A program made the position numbers and the translations under genes. The notes beneath the pieces are model-generated. The model searched no databases. It worked only from the letters and a program-made list of their open reading frames with translations, and was not told the origin of the DNA. A DNA stretch of 64,000 bases from Methanobacteriota archaeon (GTDB lineage: Archaea; Thermoplasmatota; DTKX01; VGTL01): assembly GCA_016874675.1 (NCBI GenBank), contig VGTL01000002.1, forward strand, positions 9,021-73,020, given 5' to 3'. Shown in pieces: positions 11,915 through 21,464 of this stretch; position 1 is the first letter of the stretch; every line of letters begins with the position of its first letter.

Positions 11915-12442
11915 CTATTCCTTGATGCCCCGCATTATCGTCTCGGCGACCTCTTGGGCGCTTATCGGGGCGCTGTCTATCACGGCGTTGTATATGGTGA
12001 GGTCGTTGAGGTCGAGGTTGTATATCTTGTAGTAGCGGTCCCACTCGCTCTTCTCCCTGACCTGGATCTCGGCCAGGGCCGTGTCGAACGACTTGGACTC
12101 GCGCTCGGCCACCCTCTGGGCCCGCACCTTCAGGGGCGCCTCCAGCCAGACCTTGACGGCCCGGATGCCGCCCCGCTCGCACATGCTGCCGGCGAGCCGG
12201 CCCTCGAGGATGACGTTGTCCTTCTTGGCGATCTCCACTATCTTCCTGTCGATGGTCTGGTCCACGCCCGGGTTCTTCTCGGCGAACAGCCCGAACTCCT
12301 CGAGCGTCAGGCCCTTCTTCGACGCGAGATTCCGGAATATGTCCCCGGCGTTCACGTACTCGAGCTTGAGCTTTTCGGCCAGTATCCTTGCCACCGTGGT
12401 CTTTCCGCTACCGGGCAATCCACCGATCGTGACCACCGTCAT
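11915..12442 (-). CDS. cmk: Cytidylate kinase (archaeal type)
   Basis: TIGGLPGSGKTT, AGDIFR, LEGRLAG; conserved position before cbf5. Confidence 0.92.
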   Translation of the reverse strand: MTVVTIGGLPGSGKTTVARILAEKLKLEYVNAGDIFRNLASKKGLTLEEFGLFAEKNPGVDQTIDRKIVEIAKKDNVILEGRLAGSMCERGGIRAVKVWLEAPLKVRAQRVAERESKSFDTALAEIQVREKSEWDRYYKIYNLDLNDLTIYNAVIDSAPISAQEVAETIMRGIKE

Positions 12443-13143
12443 GAGGTCCCCTCCCCCAGCGCGTTCAGCGAAACCGTCGAAAGCGACCGAAGCTTCCTGC
12501 GGAAGCTCCATATCTTCAAAAGCGCCCCGAGGACCTGGCCCAGTGGTATCGACAGCACCGAGTAGAAGAGGATCCAGTTGGGTATTATGTGGAGGAACGG
12601 CCCGGGCTGGTTGTAGTCCACGGTCGTGTCCCAGGGGGTCGAGATGAAATGGGTGACTGTCCCCGTGTACATGAACACGCCAAGCCAAAGGAAGATGGCC
12701 ATGGCGATGACTATGGTGACGAGCGTGGTCTTCATCTGGGAGCCCATGGTGTCCGTGGACTTCTTCATCATCTCCGACTGGTACTGGTTGAGCCTCCTAA
12801 GCTTGGTCACGTTGCCCTTGAGCCGGACCTCCCGGGCCTGGGACTGGACCCAGGAGGAGAGGTGCTTCTGCCGGCCCTGGTCCACCCAGTTGGTGAAGAA
12901 GTGCCGAACGGTCGTGGTGAATACTATGAGCACGAGGGAGCAGGCGAAGAGCGTCCACACGGGGAACTCGCCCCCGAACCCGAAGAGCGGCGTGAAGAGG
13001 CCGCCCACGGCCCCGCCCAGGGCGGTCCGGGCGTTGGGGTCCATTATGACGATGAGCAGGATGGGCAGCATCATGAGTATCATCATGGACGAGGGGTTGC
13101 TCCTTGGCGGAGCGCCCGGTGCTGGGGCCTTGTCATCCGGCAC
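12439..13143 (-). CDS. DUF106 / EMC3-TMCO1-like (Oxa1 superfamily) membrane protein
   Basis: TM-coiled coil-TM-TM layout, WILFYSVLS motif, typical position between secY and cmk; start uncertain (GTG 13143 or ATG 13188). Confidence 0.8.
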   Translation of the reverse strand: MPDDKAPAPGAPPRSNPSSMMILMMLPILLIVIMDPNARTALGGAVGGLFTPLFGFGGEFPVWTLFACSLVLIVFTTTVRHFFTNWVDQGRQKHLSSWVQSQAREVRLKGNVTKLRRLNQYQSEMMKKSTDTMGSQMKTTLVTIVIAMAIFLWLGVFMYTGTVTHFISTPWDTTVDYNQPGPFLHIIPNWILFYSVLSIPLGQVLGALLKIWSFRRKLRSLSTVSLNALGEGTS

Positions 13144-13208
13144 TGTCGGACCCTGCCTGCCCTGCTTGGGATGCACGAACGAGTACATAACGGTTGTTGA
13201 GGTTGGTC

Positions 13209-13328
13209 AAAGGCAGCAAGGCAGAAGGGCAGGAAGGGAGAAAGGCAGAAAGGGAGAACGGGGGGTCGACCGTCAGTCCCTTTCTGCCTTCCTGCCTTCC
13301 TGCCTTTGCCCGTTGCCCCTTGCCCCCC
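13209..13328. repeat. Inverted pair of octamer arrays (AAGGCAGN/AAGGGAGA)n ... (CTGCCTTN)n
   Basis: Arms ~13209-13258 and ~13278-13328 around a short core. Confidence 0.85.
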
Positions 13329-13341
13329 GTGGGGCCGCTTA

Positions 13342-14937
13342 TTAGTCTTTGCCGAAGAACTGCCGGAGCATCGGGTGCATCTCCATGGCCTTCTCCTTGC
13401 CTATCTGCTCGTACATCCGGATGATGATGCCGGTCATGAGGAGCACGCCTGTCCCGGAAGCGTTGCCCACCGTCCCTATCATGTCGGCGAAGGCCGCGAG
13501 CGCCCCCACCATCGCGCCCGAGAGCACCGTGACCATCGGTATGTAGCGCTCCAGCACCCGCTTGAGCACCCGCGGGTCGCGTCGGAATCCCGGTATCTGC
13601 ATGCCCGACCGCTCTATCTGCTTGGCCACGGCCTCCGGGCCCATGTTGGTGGTGTCTATCCAGAACTTTGCAAACAGTATCGAGCCGCCGATCATCATCG
13701 CCAGGTAGACGATGAGGTGGATGAAGACCTGGAAGTGCGAGTGCCCGCGCATGTAGGCGCTGTACTGGACCGGGTTCATGAGCGGCAGCAGCCACTCGGA
13801 TAGACCGGCGATCTGGTAGGTGTAGTATGCGCCCCCCATGGTCGGCACGGTGGGATTCAACGGGTCGGTGTAGGCGCCGATGTACGGGTTGTGGCCCAGG
13901 ATGGGCGTCTGGCTGAGGGTCGGGTGCTGCCAGAAGAGCAGCGCGAACATGTTGATGTTGGCCAAAAGCGCCGCCATCAGGATGACCGGGATGTTGGAGG
14001 CGTATATGAGGCGTATGGGGTAGCGGCCCCGGGCGCCCCTCACCTTGCCGTGGGCCAAAGGCAGCTCGATGCTCGAGGATTCGGCATACGCGACTATGAG
14101 GAAGATGAATATCGTCCCGATGAAGGCGATCATCGGGTTGGGGTTCTGTATGAATATTATCTCGTAGCCGCCCCGGGTCAGGTCCGAGGAGCTCATGGTG
14201 GTGGCGAGGTAGATGGTCTTGGGGATGGTGCCCGAGGGCGGGTTGGTGAGGCTCATCGGCAGGCTGTCGGACACCGGGGCCCAGTTCACCGACCCGATGA
14301 ATATCGACTCTGCGACGCCGGCGGCGATGAAGAGCGAGACGCCGGACCCTATGCCCCACTTGGAGACCACCTCGTCCATCAGGAACACTAGGTAGGAGCC
14401 CACGAAAAGCTGCATGACGATGGCAAACCGCGCCAGGTTCTCGCCGTTGCCCGGCGAGAGGTTGTTGAGCTGGGCGTCGAACGAGACAGAGGGCACGAGC
14501 AGGCCGTAGGTCTGGGGCACCGACTCCACGAATATCATGATTATGACCAGGAGCTTCTGGGTGCCCTGGTAGATGGCCTTGTCCTCCTTCTTGGTGAGGT
14601 CCAGGCCTATTATCTTGGCGCCGGTGAAGAGCTGCATTATGATGGAGCCCGTGACTATGGGGCCGATGCCCAGGTGCATCAGCGAGCCGCTCGCGCCCGC
14701 CATGATCGCCCGGAACCCCGCGAAGACGTCCACCGCCTTCTGCTGGTCCAGCCCGTAGATCATGACGTTGGTCAGGATGAAATAGATGACAAGAAGGCCG
14801 AACGTCCACCACATCTTGGTGCCGAACCTGACGTGTATCTCGGGCTTCTTGACGGCGGGCAGCCTGTCCAGGATCGGCTTGAGCTTGTAGAGGCGGCTCT
14901 TCTTCTTCCCGCCCTCCTCCTCCTCGTCCTCAGGCAT
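13342..14937 (-). CDS. secY: Preprotein translocase subunit SecY
   Basis: SLMHLGIGPIVTGSII, KWGIGSGVSLFIAAGV, YASNIPVIL, QIPGFRRD, GTGVLL. Confidence 0.97.
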   Translation of the reverse strand: MPEDEEEEGGKKKSRLYKLKPILDRLPAVKKPEIHVRFGTKMWWTFGLLVIYFILTNVMIYGLDQQKAVDVFAGFRAIMAGASGSLMHLGIGPIVTGSIIMQLFTGAKIIGLDLTKKEDKAIYQGTQKLLVIIMIFVESVPQTYGLLVPSVSFDAQLNNLSPGNGENLARFAIVMQLFVGSYLVFLMDEVVSKWGIGSGVSLFIAAGVAESIFIGSVNWAPVSDSLPMSLTNPPSGTIPKTIYLATTMSSSDLTRGGYEIIFIQNPNPMIAFIGTIFIFLIVAYAESSSIELPLAHGKVRGARGRYPIRLIYASNIPVILMAALLANINMFALLFWQHPTLSQTPILGHNPYIGAYTDPLNPTVPTMGGAYYTYQIAGLSEWLLPLMNPVQYSAYMRGHSHFQVFIHLIVYLAMMIGGSILFAKFWIDTTNMGPEAVAKQIERSGMQIPGFRRDPRVLKRVLERYIPMVTVLSGAMVGALAAFADMIGTVGNASGTGVLLMTGIIIRMYEQIGKEKAMEMHPMLRQFFGKD

Positions 14938-14968
14938 CCTTCAGCCTCTCCGGTGGTGTGTCTCCACT

Positions 14969-15553
14969 CTACTGCTGCGTCTTCTGTCCCGCTCTAGGCC
15001 CCTGGGGCGCCTTGGCCTTCTCTTTCGCCGGTCCGGCCGGCGGCGCGCCCTTGCCCGCTATCGCCGCGGGCGAGGCGGGCGCCGCGCGGGCGGCCCGGGC
15101 CTTCCGCTTGCCCTCGTCGCTTGTGACCTCCTCTGCCACCACGACGCCGCCGGCGCCCTTCATCTTCTCCACGGCGCTGGCGGAGGCCTTGGGCACGGTT
15201 ATCGCAAGCGGGAGGGTCGCCCTTCCGGCCCCCAGGAGCTTGTCGAAGCCCAGCGCCCCCAGATCGACCTGTATCTTCCCCTCGACCTGCTTTGCCGCCC
15301 CCGAGAGCAGGTACCTGCCCAGGTTGGATTCGACCTCGCCGATGTTGATGGTCCTGTCCGACGCCACGAGCGGCCGGGGGCGCTTGAAGCCGTGCCGCCC
15401 GAAGTGGTCGGGGTCGTACTTCAGCATCCACTTGAACTTGTGCTTGTGCAGGCCGGCGTTGCCGAAGCCGCCCCTCTTGCCCTTCCCCCGGCCGGCCTTC
15501 ATGCCGCGGCCGTGGGTGCGGCTTCCCCGTAACTTCCTGGTGCGGCTAGGCAT
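14969..15553 (-). CDS. rpl15: 50S ribosomal protein L15 with Ala/Lys/Pro tail
   Basis: RGSRTHGRG..GRGKG.RGG.GNAG, FGRHGF, KLLGAG. Confidence 0.94.
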   Translation of the reverse strand: MPSRTRKLRGSRTHGRGMKAGRGKGKRGGFGNAGLHKHKFKWMLKYDPDHFGRHGFKRPRPLVASDRTINIGEVESNLGRYLLSGAAKQVEGKIQVDLGALGFDKLLGAGRATLPLAITVPKASASAVEKMKGAGGVVVAEEVTSDEGKRKARAARAAPASPAAIAGKGAPPAGPAKEKAKAPQGPRAGQKTQQ

Positions 15554-16091
15554 GCCCTGCGCCTCCCTTCGCGGCGAGCCCCCTGCGGCCGGGCGGCCTC
15601 CTGGCCGGCCAGTTGCCCGAGCCGGGGCCGAGCATCCGGGCGATAAGGGCGCTGATGTCGCCGCCGCGGTCGCCCAGCGAGCCCCCCGCCTTCCAGGACA
15701 TCTTCGTGCCCTCGTATCCGCCGCGGGGAGGGTGCAGCCGTATCACCGGTGTCACGTCCTTGAGGTCCGAGAACCGCGCCTTCTGCCGCACGATGGCGTC
15801 GGCGAACTCCCGGGCGGTGCCGTAACCGCTGTTTTCCTTGATATAATCATCTGTGATGGGCCTTCCCCCTGATAGCCGGCCGCGCAGGCGTATGACCAGC
15901 GCCACGGTCTCGGCGTCGGGCCGGCCCCAGGTCACGTAGTCCTTCACCTTCTGGAGCATTCCCCTCATGCCCGGGTCCTCGGGAATGAGCACCAGGTGGT
16001 TCTGCCGCGTCAGCCGGAGCATGTCAAGGGTGTCGCGTATGTCCTGGTTGGTCCGGCAGCCCCCCCGTATCCTCACGACGGCCACGGTCAT
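15546..16091 (-). CDS. rpl30: 50S ribosomal protein L30 (archaeal long form)
   Basis: AVVRIRG, DTLDMLRL, GMLQKVKDYVTWG, RLHPPRGG; ATGA-coupled to rps5. Confidence 0.93.
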   Translation of the reverse strand: MTVAVVRIRGGCRTNQDIRDTLDMLRLTRQNHLVLIPEDPGMRGMLQKVKDYVTWGRPDAETVALVIRLRGRLSGGRPITDDYIKENSGYGTAREFADAIVRQKARFSDLKDVTPVIRLHPPRGGYEGTKMSWKAGGSLGDRGGDISALIARMLGPGSGNWPARRPPGRRGLAAKGGAGHA

Positions 16092-16987
16092 TTGCCGCCA
16101 CCCCCTGCGGCCGGCTTGGATTCGGGCTTCCTGGGCTCGGCCTTCGCGGGGGCCTTCGCCTCGGGGGCCCCGGCCGGGCCGCCCTTCTGGTCGGGGGCCT
16201 TGGGCGGCGGGACCGAGGAGGCGTCCTCGGGCGTGGGCACGTTCGACTCCTTCTCGATGGCCACCGACTGGTCCGCCTTGGTAGGGTCGGTCACCAGCGC
16301 GCCCTCGGCCACGCCGGAGGCGCCGCTGAGGATCCGCAGCCTGGCGACCTGCTCTTCGCGGACCTTCTGGCGGGCCGTGCCCCGAAGCGACTCGAACGCG
16401 GCCCGGGCCATGTTCACCGTGGTGCGGGTCTTGCCGTCCGTTATCGACCAGGCATCCTTGACGCCGGCGAGGCGCAGCACGTGCTTGGCGACGTTGCCCA
16501 CGGCCAGCCCCACGCCCCGGGGGGCTGGGATGAACGTTATCTCCACCGAGCCGCTCTTGCCGAAGACCCTGTACGGTAGCGTGTGGGGCTTCATGCAGCC
16601 GCACTGCCACGAGCCGCAGCCGCGCTTTATCTCGATGAGGTTGAGCTTGGCGTCGTCGATGGACCGGCGGATCGCCTGCCCGACCTCCTTGCCCTTGACG
16701 TGGCCCAGCCCGACGAAGCCGTCGCCGTTGCCCACGACGGTGGTGATGGCGAACTTGATGCGCCGCCCTGAGTCGGTCATGCGCTGGACCATGTTGACGC
16801 TGAGGACCTCGTCCTCGATGTTGGGCAAGAGGATGTCCACTATCTCCGCCTCGCGGAGCGGGAGCCCGCTCGACAGGGCCTCCGACATGGACGTTATCTT
16901 GCCCTCGCGCACCATCCGGCCCAGCTTCGTGCGGGGCTTCCAGTCGGTGACGGGTTCCTTCCTCCTCTCCATCCTCCTCTGCTCCAT
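16088..16987 (-). CDS. rps5: 30S ribosomal protein S5 with C-terminal extension
   Basis: WKPRTKLGR, VQRMTDSGRR, RGCGSWQC, PAPRGVGL. Confidence 0.95.
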   Translation of the reverse strand: MEQRRMERRKEPVTDWKPRTKLGRMVREGKITSMSEALSSGLPLREAEIVDILLPNIEDEVLSVNMVQRMTDSGRRIKFAITTVVGNGDGFVGLGHVKGKEVGQAIRRSIDDAKLNLIEIKRGCGSWQCGCMKPHTLPYRVFGKSGSVEITFIPAPRGVGLAVGNVAKHVLRLAGVKDAWSITDGKTRTTVNMARAAFESLRGTARQKVREEQVARLRILSGASGVAEGALVTDPTKADQSVAIEKESNVPTPEDASSVPPPKAPDQKGGPAGAPEAKAPAKAEPRKPESKPAAGGGGK

Positions 16988-17006
16988 CTTCAATCCCCCT
17001 TGAACC

Positions 17007-17510
17007 TCAGCCGCTGAGAATCCTCCGCCTGACCTCCTCGAACTGCCTGGCCACCTCCGGTTTGTTGAGGTGGCCCCCCCTTACCCGCTCCTCCGAGGGA
17101 AGCACCCCGTCGGAGTGGGGGACCTGGACCCCGGCGTCGATGACGCCCTTGAGGGCCGCGAAGACCTTCGAGCCCCTCGACGGGCGGATGAGGCCGATGT
17201 CCAGGACCGCCTCCGTGATGTTGGCGCGCGAGGCGTTGCGCCCGGCCAGCAGGCCGGCGAGGTAGGCCGCCGGCGTGTTGCCTGTGGGCGCCTTCCACCC
17301 GAGCCCGCCGAGCTGCGCGGTGGTCGACGAGGCGAGCACGCGGTCCCCGGCCTCCTCGTAGCCGACGAGCTGGACGACGGTGTGCCTGAGGCTGCGGCGG
17401 ACGACGAGCCGCGGCTTGCCCGAGCGGACGAGCCTAAGCCGCGCCCGGTAGTCCGTCTTGCCCTCCCTTCTCCTCCTGAAGGGCACCCTGTGCCTGGGGT
17501 CGGTCGCCAT
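17007..17510 (-). CDS. rpl18: 50S ribosomal protein L18
   Basis: VPFRRRREGKTDY, RLVVRRS, NTPAAYLAG, LDIGL. Confidence 0.95.
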   Translation of the reverse strand: MATDPRHRVPFRRRREGKTDYRARLRLVRSGKPRLVVRRSLRHTVVQLVGYEEAGDRVLASSTTAQLGGLGWKAPTGNTPAAYLAGLLAGRNASRANITEAVLDIGLIRPSRGSKVFAALKGVIDAGVQVPHSDGVLPSEERVRGGHLNKPEVARQFEEVRRRILSG

Positions 17511-17512
17511 GC

Positions 17513-18196
17513 TCAGCCCTCCTTACGGCCGGCTTCGCCGGCCACTTCCGCCGCCCTCTCCGGAGGGGCCGGGGCTGCCGGCGCGGGCTTCTCCCCCGGC
17601 CGGGCCTTCTTGGCCTTCTTGCCCTTCTTCCCCCGGTGGCGCAGCTTGCGGTCGGCCTTCTTGAGCCTCCCGGGCATGATGATGCTGCGGGCCGCCTCGC
17701 GGCGGCGACGGCGCCTCTCCTCGGCGCGCTTGGCGGAGGGGCGGGCCTCGGTCCTGATTAGCCCGCGGAGCCGAAGCTGGGTGTCCAGGTGGTGGCGGTT
17801 GTGGAACATCCCGCCCTTGGCCTGCCGGTAGAGCGTCCGGTACACCGTGCGGTCGATGGTGCCCTCGTCGCGCAGCTCCCGGAGGCGCTTCCTTATGGGC
17901 CTGATGCGCGTCATCCACCGGCGCTTCGTGTCGAGGCGGGCGTTGGTGCCGCCGCGCCGGTGGGCCGGGCCCCGCCGGCGGCCCTTCTTCTTCTGGGCCC
18001 TCCTGAGGAGGCCCCGGAACCGGCCCTGGCCGGCGATCTGCCGGGCGGAGATGGCGCCCGACACGATGAGCTTGCGTACGTCCTTGCGCGTCACCGCCTC
18101 GGAGATGTCCTCGAGGCGGTTGGGGTCCATGTGGACCCGGTGCTTTCCGCAGCCGAGCATCATGGCCGCCATCCTCTTCTGGTTCGATATGTCCAT
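17513..18196 (-). CDS. rpl19e: 50S ribosomal protein L19e with basic C-terminal extension
   Basis: QKRMAA, TRKDVRKLI, KGRRRGP, WMTRIR, LYRQAKGG.F. Confidence 0.94.
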   Translation of the reverse strand: MDISNQKRMAAMMLGCGKHRVHMDPNRLEDISEAVTRKDVRKLIVSGAISARQIAGQGRFRGLLRRAQKKKGRRRGPAHRRGGTNARLDTKRRWMTRIRPIRKRLRELRDEGTIDRTVYRTLYRQAKGGMFHNRHHLDTQLRLRGLIRTEARPSAKRAEERRRRRREAARSIIMPGRLKKADRKLRHRGKKGKKAKKARPGEKPAPAAPAPPERAAEVAGEAGRKEG

Positions 18197-18209
18197 GCCG
18201 GGTCCCTCC

Positions 18210-19058
18210 TCACTCCTGAAGCCGGTTCAGTATCCTGATGCCCTTCCTCTCGGCCCGCTGCTCGATCATGCGCCGCTTGCGGGTGCCGACGCCGCGGGCT
18301 ATCCGCGCCGCCATCGTCTTGGGGTCGACGCGATCGAGGTCCAGCGGGTGGTGCACGAGCACCTCGGCGAAGCCCGACGGGTGCAGCCCCCTCGCCGCGG
18401 CAGGCCCGCCGTAGCCGATCGAGACCACGTTGATGCGGTATCTTATGTGGTGCCTGAGCTTCGAGTGCGTGCCCTTGGGCCGCCTCCAGGACGGCGCCAG
18501 CCGCTTGTAGTTGTAGGCCTCCTGGCGGATGAAGCGGGGGGTCTTGCCCTTGAGCACCTTCCGCAGGGCCATCGCCCTGACCACGTCGGCACCGAGCGTG
18601 GGCTTGATAGTCGGGGCGGCCTTCTTCCTGCCCTTCCCCTTCTTGGCCTTTCCCGCCCCCTTCTCCCCCTTCTCGGCCTTCTCGTCCTTCTCCTCCGCCC
18701 CCGCCCCGTCCTCCTCCTCCATTATCTCGGCCTCGACCTCGCCCTCCTCGGGCGGGGACCCGGCCTCCTCGGTCTTTCCGGCGGCGGGCCTCTCGGCCGG
18801 TCCCTTGGGCCTCTCCGGGGCCTTCCGCGGGGCCTCTTCGGGGCCCTCCTTCACCGTCGGGGGCGCGGGGGCGGCCTTCGCGGCGGCGGCGCGCTGGCTC
18901 GCCTCAGGCGCGGCCGTTTCCTTCCCGGCCACGGGGGCCGGCCCGGGGGAGACCTTCTTCACCGGGGCGGGAACCTCCGCGGGCCTTTGCTTGACCACCT
19001 TCTTCTCCAGCTTCCTCTCCACCTTCTCCTCCGCCTTCTTCCCGTGCCGTTCGGCCAA
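18210..19058 (-). CDS. rpl32e: 50S ribosomal protein L32e with ~150-aa low-complexity N-terminal extension
   Basis: C-terminal PRFIRQE, SWRRPKG.HSK, GYGGP..ARGLHPSG. Confidence 0.92.
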   Translation of the reverse strand: MAERHGKKAEEKVERKLEKKVVKQRPAEVPAPVKKVSPGPAPVAGKETAAPEASQRAAAAKAAPAPPTVKEGPEEAPRKAPERPKGPAERPAAGKTEEAGSPPEEGEVEAEIMEEEDGAGAEEKDEKAEKGEKGAGKAKKGKGRKKAAPTIKPTLGADVVRAMALRKVLKGKTPRFIRQEAYNYKRLAPSWRRPKGTHSKLRHHIRYRINVVSIGYGGPAAARGLHPSGFAEVLVHHPLDLDRVDPKTMAARIARGVGTRKRRMIEQRAERKGIRILNRLQE

Positions 19059-19061
19059 ATC

Positions 19062-19604
19062 TCACACCCCCTTGCCCTTGTGCGTGATGAATATCCCGTC
19101 CTGGAACACGCGGGGGTCCCGGTCCTTCACCCGGGTGGCGTTCTCGATGTTGGCGGCGGTCTGGCCGACCATCTCGAGGACCGGGCCGGAGAGCTCCAGC
19201 TCCTGGCCCTTGACGGTCACCTTCGTGTCGCCCAGTATCTTGGCGCGTCGCGGGTGGTGCTCGCCGAGGAAGTTCTCGATGACGAGCTCCTGGCCCTTGA
19301 CCGCCATCTTGATGGGGAAGTGGGCGTACACCGCCTTCATCCTGTACTCGAACGGCTCGAGCTGGCCCCTCATCATGTTCCGGGCGTGGGCCGCCCAGGT
19401 CCCGACCAGGGCCTTTTCCCGGCGGGAGACGTATCGGGCCTCGACGACGATTCTTTCGCCCGACACCGCCATCCGGAGCGACGGGTGGAAGAACCTGCGG
19501 GAGACGCTTCCCCGGGGGCCCCTCACCGAGAGCACGTTGTCCTTCAAGGTCACGGTGGTCCCCTTCATCACCGGTACCTCCTCCTTCACCATGGCTATCC
19601 TCAT
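19062..19604 (-). CDS. rpl6: 50S ribosomal protein L6
   Basis: VRGPRG, YAHFPI, NFLGE, VGQTAANIE, DPRVFQDGI. Confidence 0.95.
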   Translation of the reverse strand: MRIAMVKEEVPVMKGTTVTLKDNVLSVRGPRGSVSRRFFHPSLRMAVSGERIVVEARYVSRREKALVGTWAAHARNMMRGQLEPFEYRMKAVYAHFPIKMAVKGQELVIENFLGEHHPRRAKILGDTKVTVKGQELELSGPVLEMVGQTAANIENATRVKDRDPRVFQDGIFITHKGKGV

Positions 19605-19616
19605 ATCCGGTCCCCC

Positions 19617-20006
19617 TCAGTAGACGTAGGCCAGGAGCTTGCCGCCCGTCCCTATCTCCTTGGCCTTGAAGTGCGAGATTACCCCCTTGGTCGTGGTCAG
19701 GATGAGAACCCCGAAGTCCTGCGCCGGCAGGAAGCGGCTCTCCCATTTCTCGAACTCCTGCGAGCGGACCGAGTAGCGCGGCTTGACCACGCCGCAGTCG
19801 TTTATCTGGCCGGTGAGCTGCACGCGGAACTTGCCGCCCCTCCCGTCCTCGATTGGCTGGAAGCCGCGTATGTAGCCCATCTCGTGCATGACCTTGAGCA
19901 CCCGCCCGATGAGCTTCGAGGACGGCCGGACCATGCAGTCGTTCTTGCCGGCCCGCTCGGCGTTCCTTATCACGGACATGGCGTCCGACAGCGGATCGTG
20001 GAGCAT
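19617..20006 (-). CDS. rps8: 30S ribosomal protein S8
   Basis: DPLSDA, PSSKLIG.VL, IEDGRGG, LPAQDFG, GGKLLAYVY. Confidence 0.96.
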   Translation of the reverse strand: MLHDPLSDAMSVIRNAERAGKNDCMVRPSSKLIGRVLKVMHEMGYIRGFQPIEDGRGGKFRVQLTGQINDCGVVKPRYSVRSQEFEKWESRFLPAQDFGVLILTTTKGVISHFKAKEIGTGGKLLAYVY

Positions 20007-20016
20007 TGCATCACCC

Positions 20017-20163
20017 TCACTTGTACTTCTTGAAACCGATCTCGGGAGCGATCTCGCGGAAGCACTGGCGGCAAAGGTGCATCCCGTAGCGGCGCACGAT
20101 GCCGCGCTTGCGGCCGCACCTGTGGCAGCCGACCCTGCGCCCGTAGAGTTTCTTGCGCTCCAT
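20017..20163 (-). CDS. rps14: 30S ribosomal protein S14 (Zn-binding; missing from the ORF track)
   Basis: 48 aa [48 protein letters not shown] between rpl5 and rps8. Confidence 0.95.
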   Translation of the reverse strand: MERKKLYGRRVGCHRCGRKRGIVRRYGMHLCRQCFREIAPEIGFKKYK

Positions 20164-20754
20164 CTAGTCCACCACCTCTATGCCGTACTTCTTCCTCATG
20201 TGCTCGATGACCTCGGCCCGGGAGAGCCTCTGGTGACTGGGCATCCTCCTGGGGGCCCGGGCCCTTCGGGCGACCCGGTGCCCGGCGCGCCTCATCACGA
20301 CCGAGACGTCCATGCCGAATATCCCTATCTCGGGGTTGTACTTCTGGCCGGGGAAGTCGGTGTAGTCGGATATCCCAAACGAGAAGTTCCCCTCGGGGTC
20401 GAAGGAGTAGGAGGGCATCCGGTTCTCCTTCACCCAGAGCGCGGTCTTGAGGAACTCCTCGGCCGCCTTCTTGCGCATCGTGACCTTGACGCCCAGGGGC
20501 ATGCCCCAGCGGATGCCCAGGTCCTTGTTCGTGGTCCGAGAGATCGTCCGCAGGGGCTTCTGGCCGGTGACCATCTTGAGCACGCGCTCGGCCTTGGCCA
20601 GCTTGTCGCCGGCCTCGCCGACGCCGATGTTCACGACGATCTTCTCTATGCGGGGCTCCCTCATGCGGTTGGCGCCCGATGCCGCTGGCGTAGCTTTTGC
20701 CCCCTCCTGCCCGCCGGCCGGCGCCGGGGCGGGCGCGTCGCCGTCGTCGCTCAC
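20164..20754 (-). CDS. rpl5: 50S ribosomal protein L5
   Basis: IEKIVVNIGVGE, TGQKP, FDPEGNFSFGI, IGIFGMD. Confidence 0.96.
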   Translation of the reverse strand: MSDDGDAPAPAPAGGQEGAKATPAASGANRMREPRIEKIVVNIGVGEAGDKLAKAERVLKMVTGQKPLRTISRTTNKDLGIRWGMPLGVKVTMRKKAAEEFLKTALWVKENRMPSYSFDPEGNFSFGISDYTDFPGQKYNPEIGIFGMDVSVVMRRAGHRVARRARAPRRMPSHQRLSRAEVIEHMRKKYGIEVVD

Positions 20755-21464
20755 TTGTCCACCTCCACCTGCGGGAGCTTGATCTCGGGCACCGTGACGC
20801 CTATCGTGAACACGTAGGGCCGGATGGTGTAGAAGCCCTCCTTGAACTTGACCAGGTTGGGCATCGGGTTCTTCTTCTCCTCGAAGCCGGCGATGGTGGC
20901 GAGCTCGCCGACGTGGTGGCCGCCGGTGAGCATGGCCAGGCTCCCCACCGCCTCGGGGAACGAGGCGAGGACCTTCTGGCCGGGGAGCTCGATTTTGAGC
21001 ACGTCGCCGGTCTTGTGCTCGTTTCTCTCGACCAGCATGTTGCGGCCGTCATGGAGGTTGAGCTGGACCCGCCCGCCCGGGACGACCTTCTTGTCCTCGA
21101 TGCGCACGAGCTTCCAGCGGGCCTCCTCGGGCCCGATGCGCTGGAGGACGAGCTTGCCCCGGCGGTCCTTGAGCACCCGGAAGTGCTCCCTGGTCTTGGG
21201 GATGGACAGCACGTCCATGAGCCCCAGCGGGAACTTGGGGTCGGTGACGATCCGGCCGTCGGCCAGGATGTTGCGCCCGCCGATTATCTGCTTGGCCTCC
21301 TGGTAGGTGTCGCAGTGGTGCAGCATGTCCCGGAGCACCACGGCGAGCGGCACCGCCTCGTCGATGGGGTGCGGGCCCGGGCTGGGCTTGGCTATCCAGT
21401 GCGAGGTCTTCCTCTCGACCCTCCAGGACCTCGGCGCCGTCAGGCGCTTCATGTGCTTGCTCAT
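20751..21464 (-). CDS. rps4e: 30S ribosomal protein S4e
   Basis: HMKRLTAPRSW, PSPGPH, FPLGLMDV, QLNLHDGRN. Confidence 0.95.
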   Translation of the reverse strand: MSKHMKRLTAPRSWRVERKTSHWIAKPSPGPHPIDEAVPLAVVLRDMLHHCDTYQEAKQIIGGRNILADGRIVTDPKFPLGLMDVLSIPKTREHFRVLKDRRGKLVLQRIGPEEARWKLVRIEDKKVVPGGRVQLNLHDGRNMLVERNEHKTGDVLKIELPGQKVLASFPEAVGSLAMLTGGHHVGELATIAGFEEKKNPMPNLVKFKEGFYTIRPYVFTIGVTVPEIKLPQVEVDK

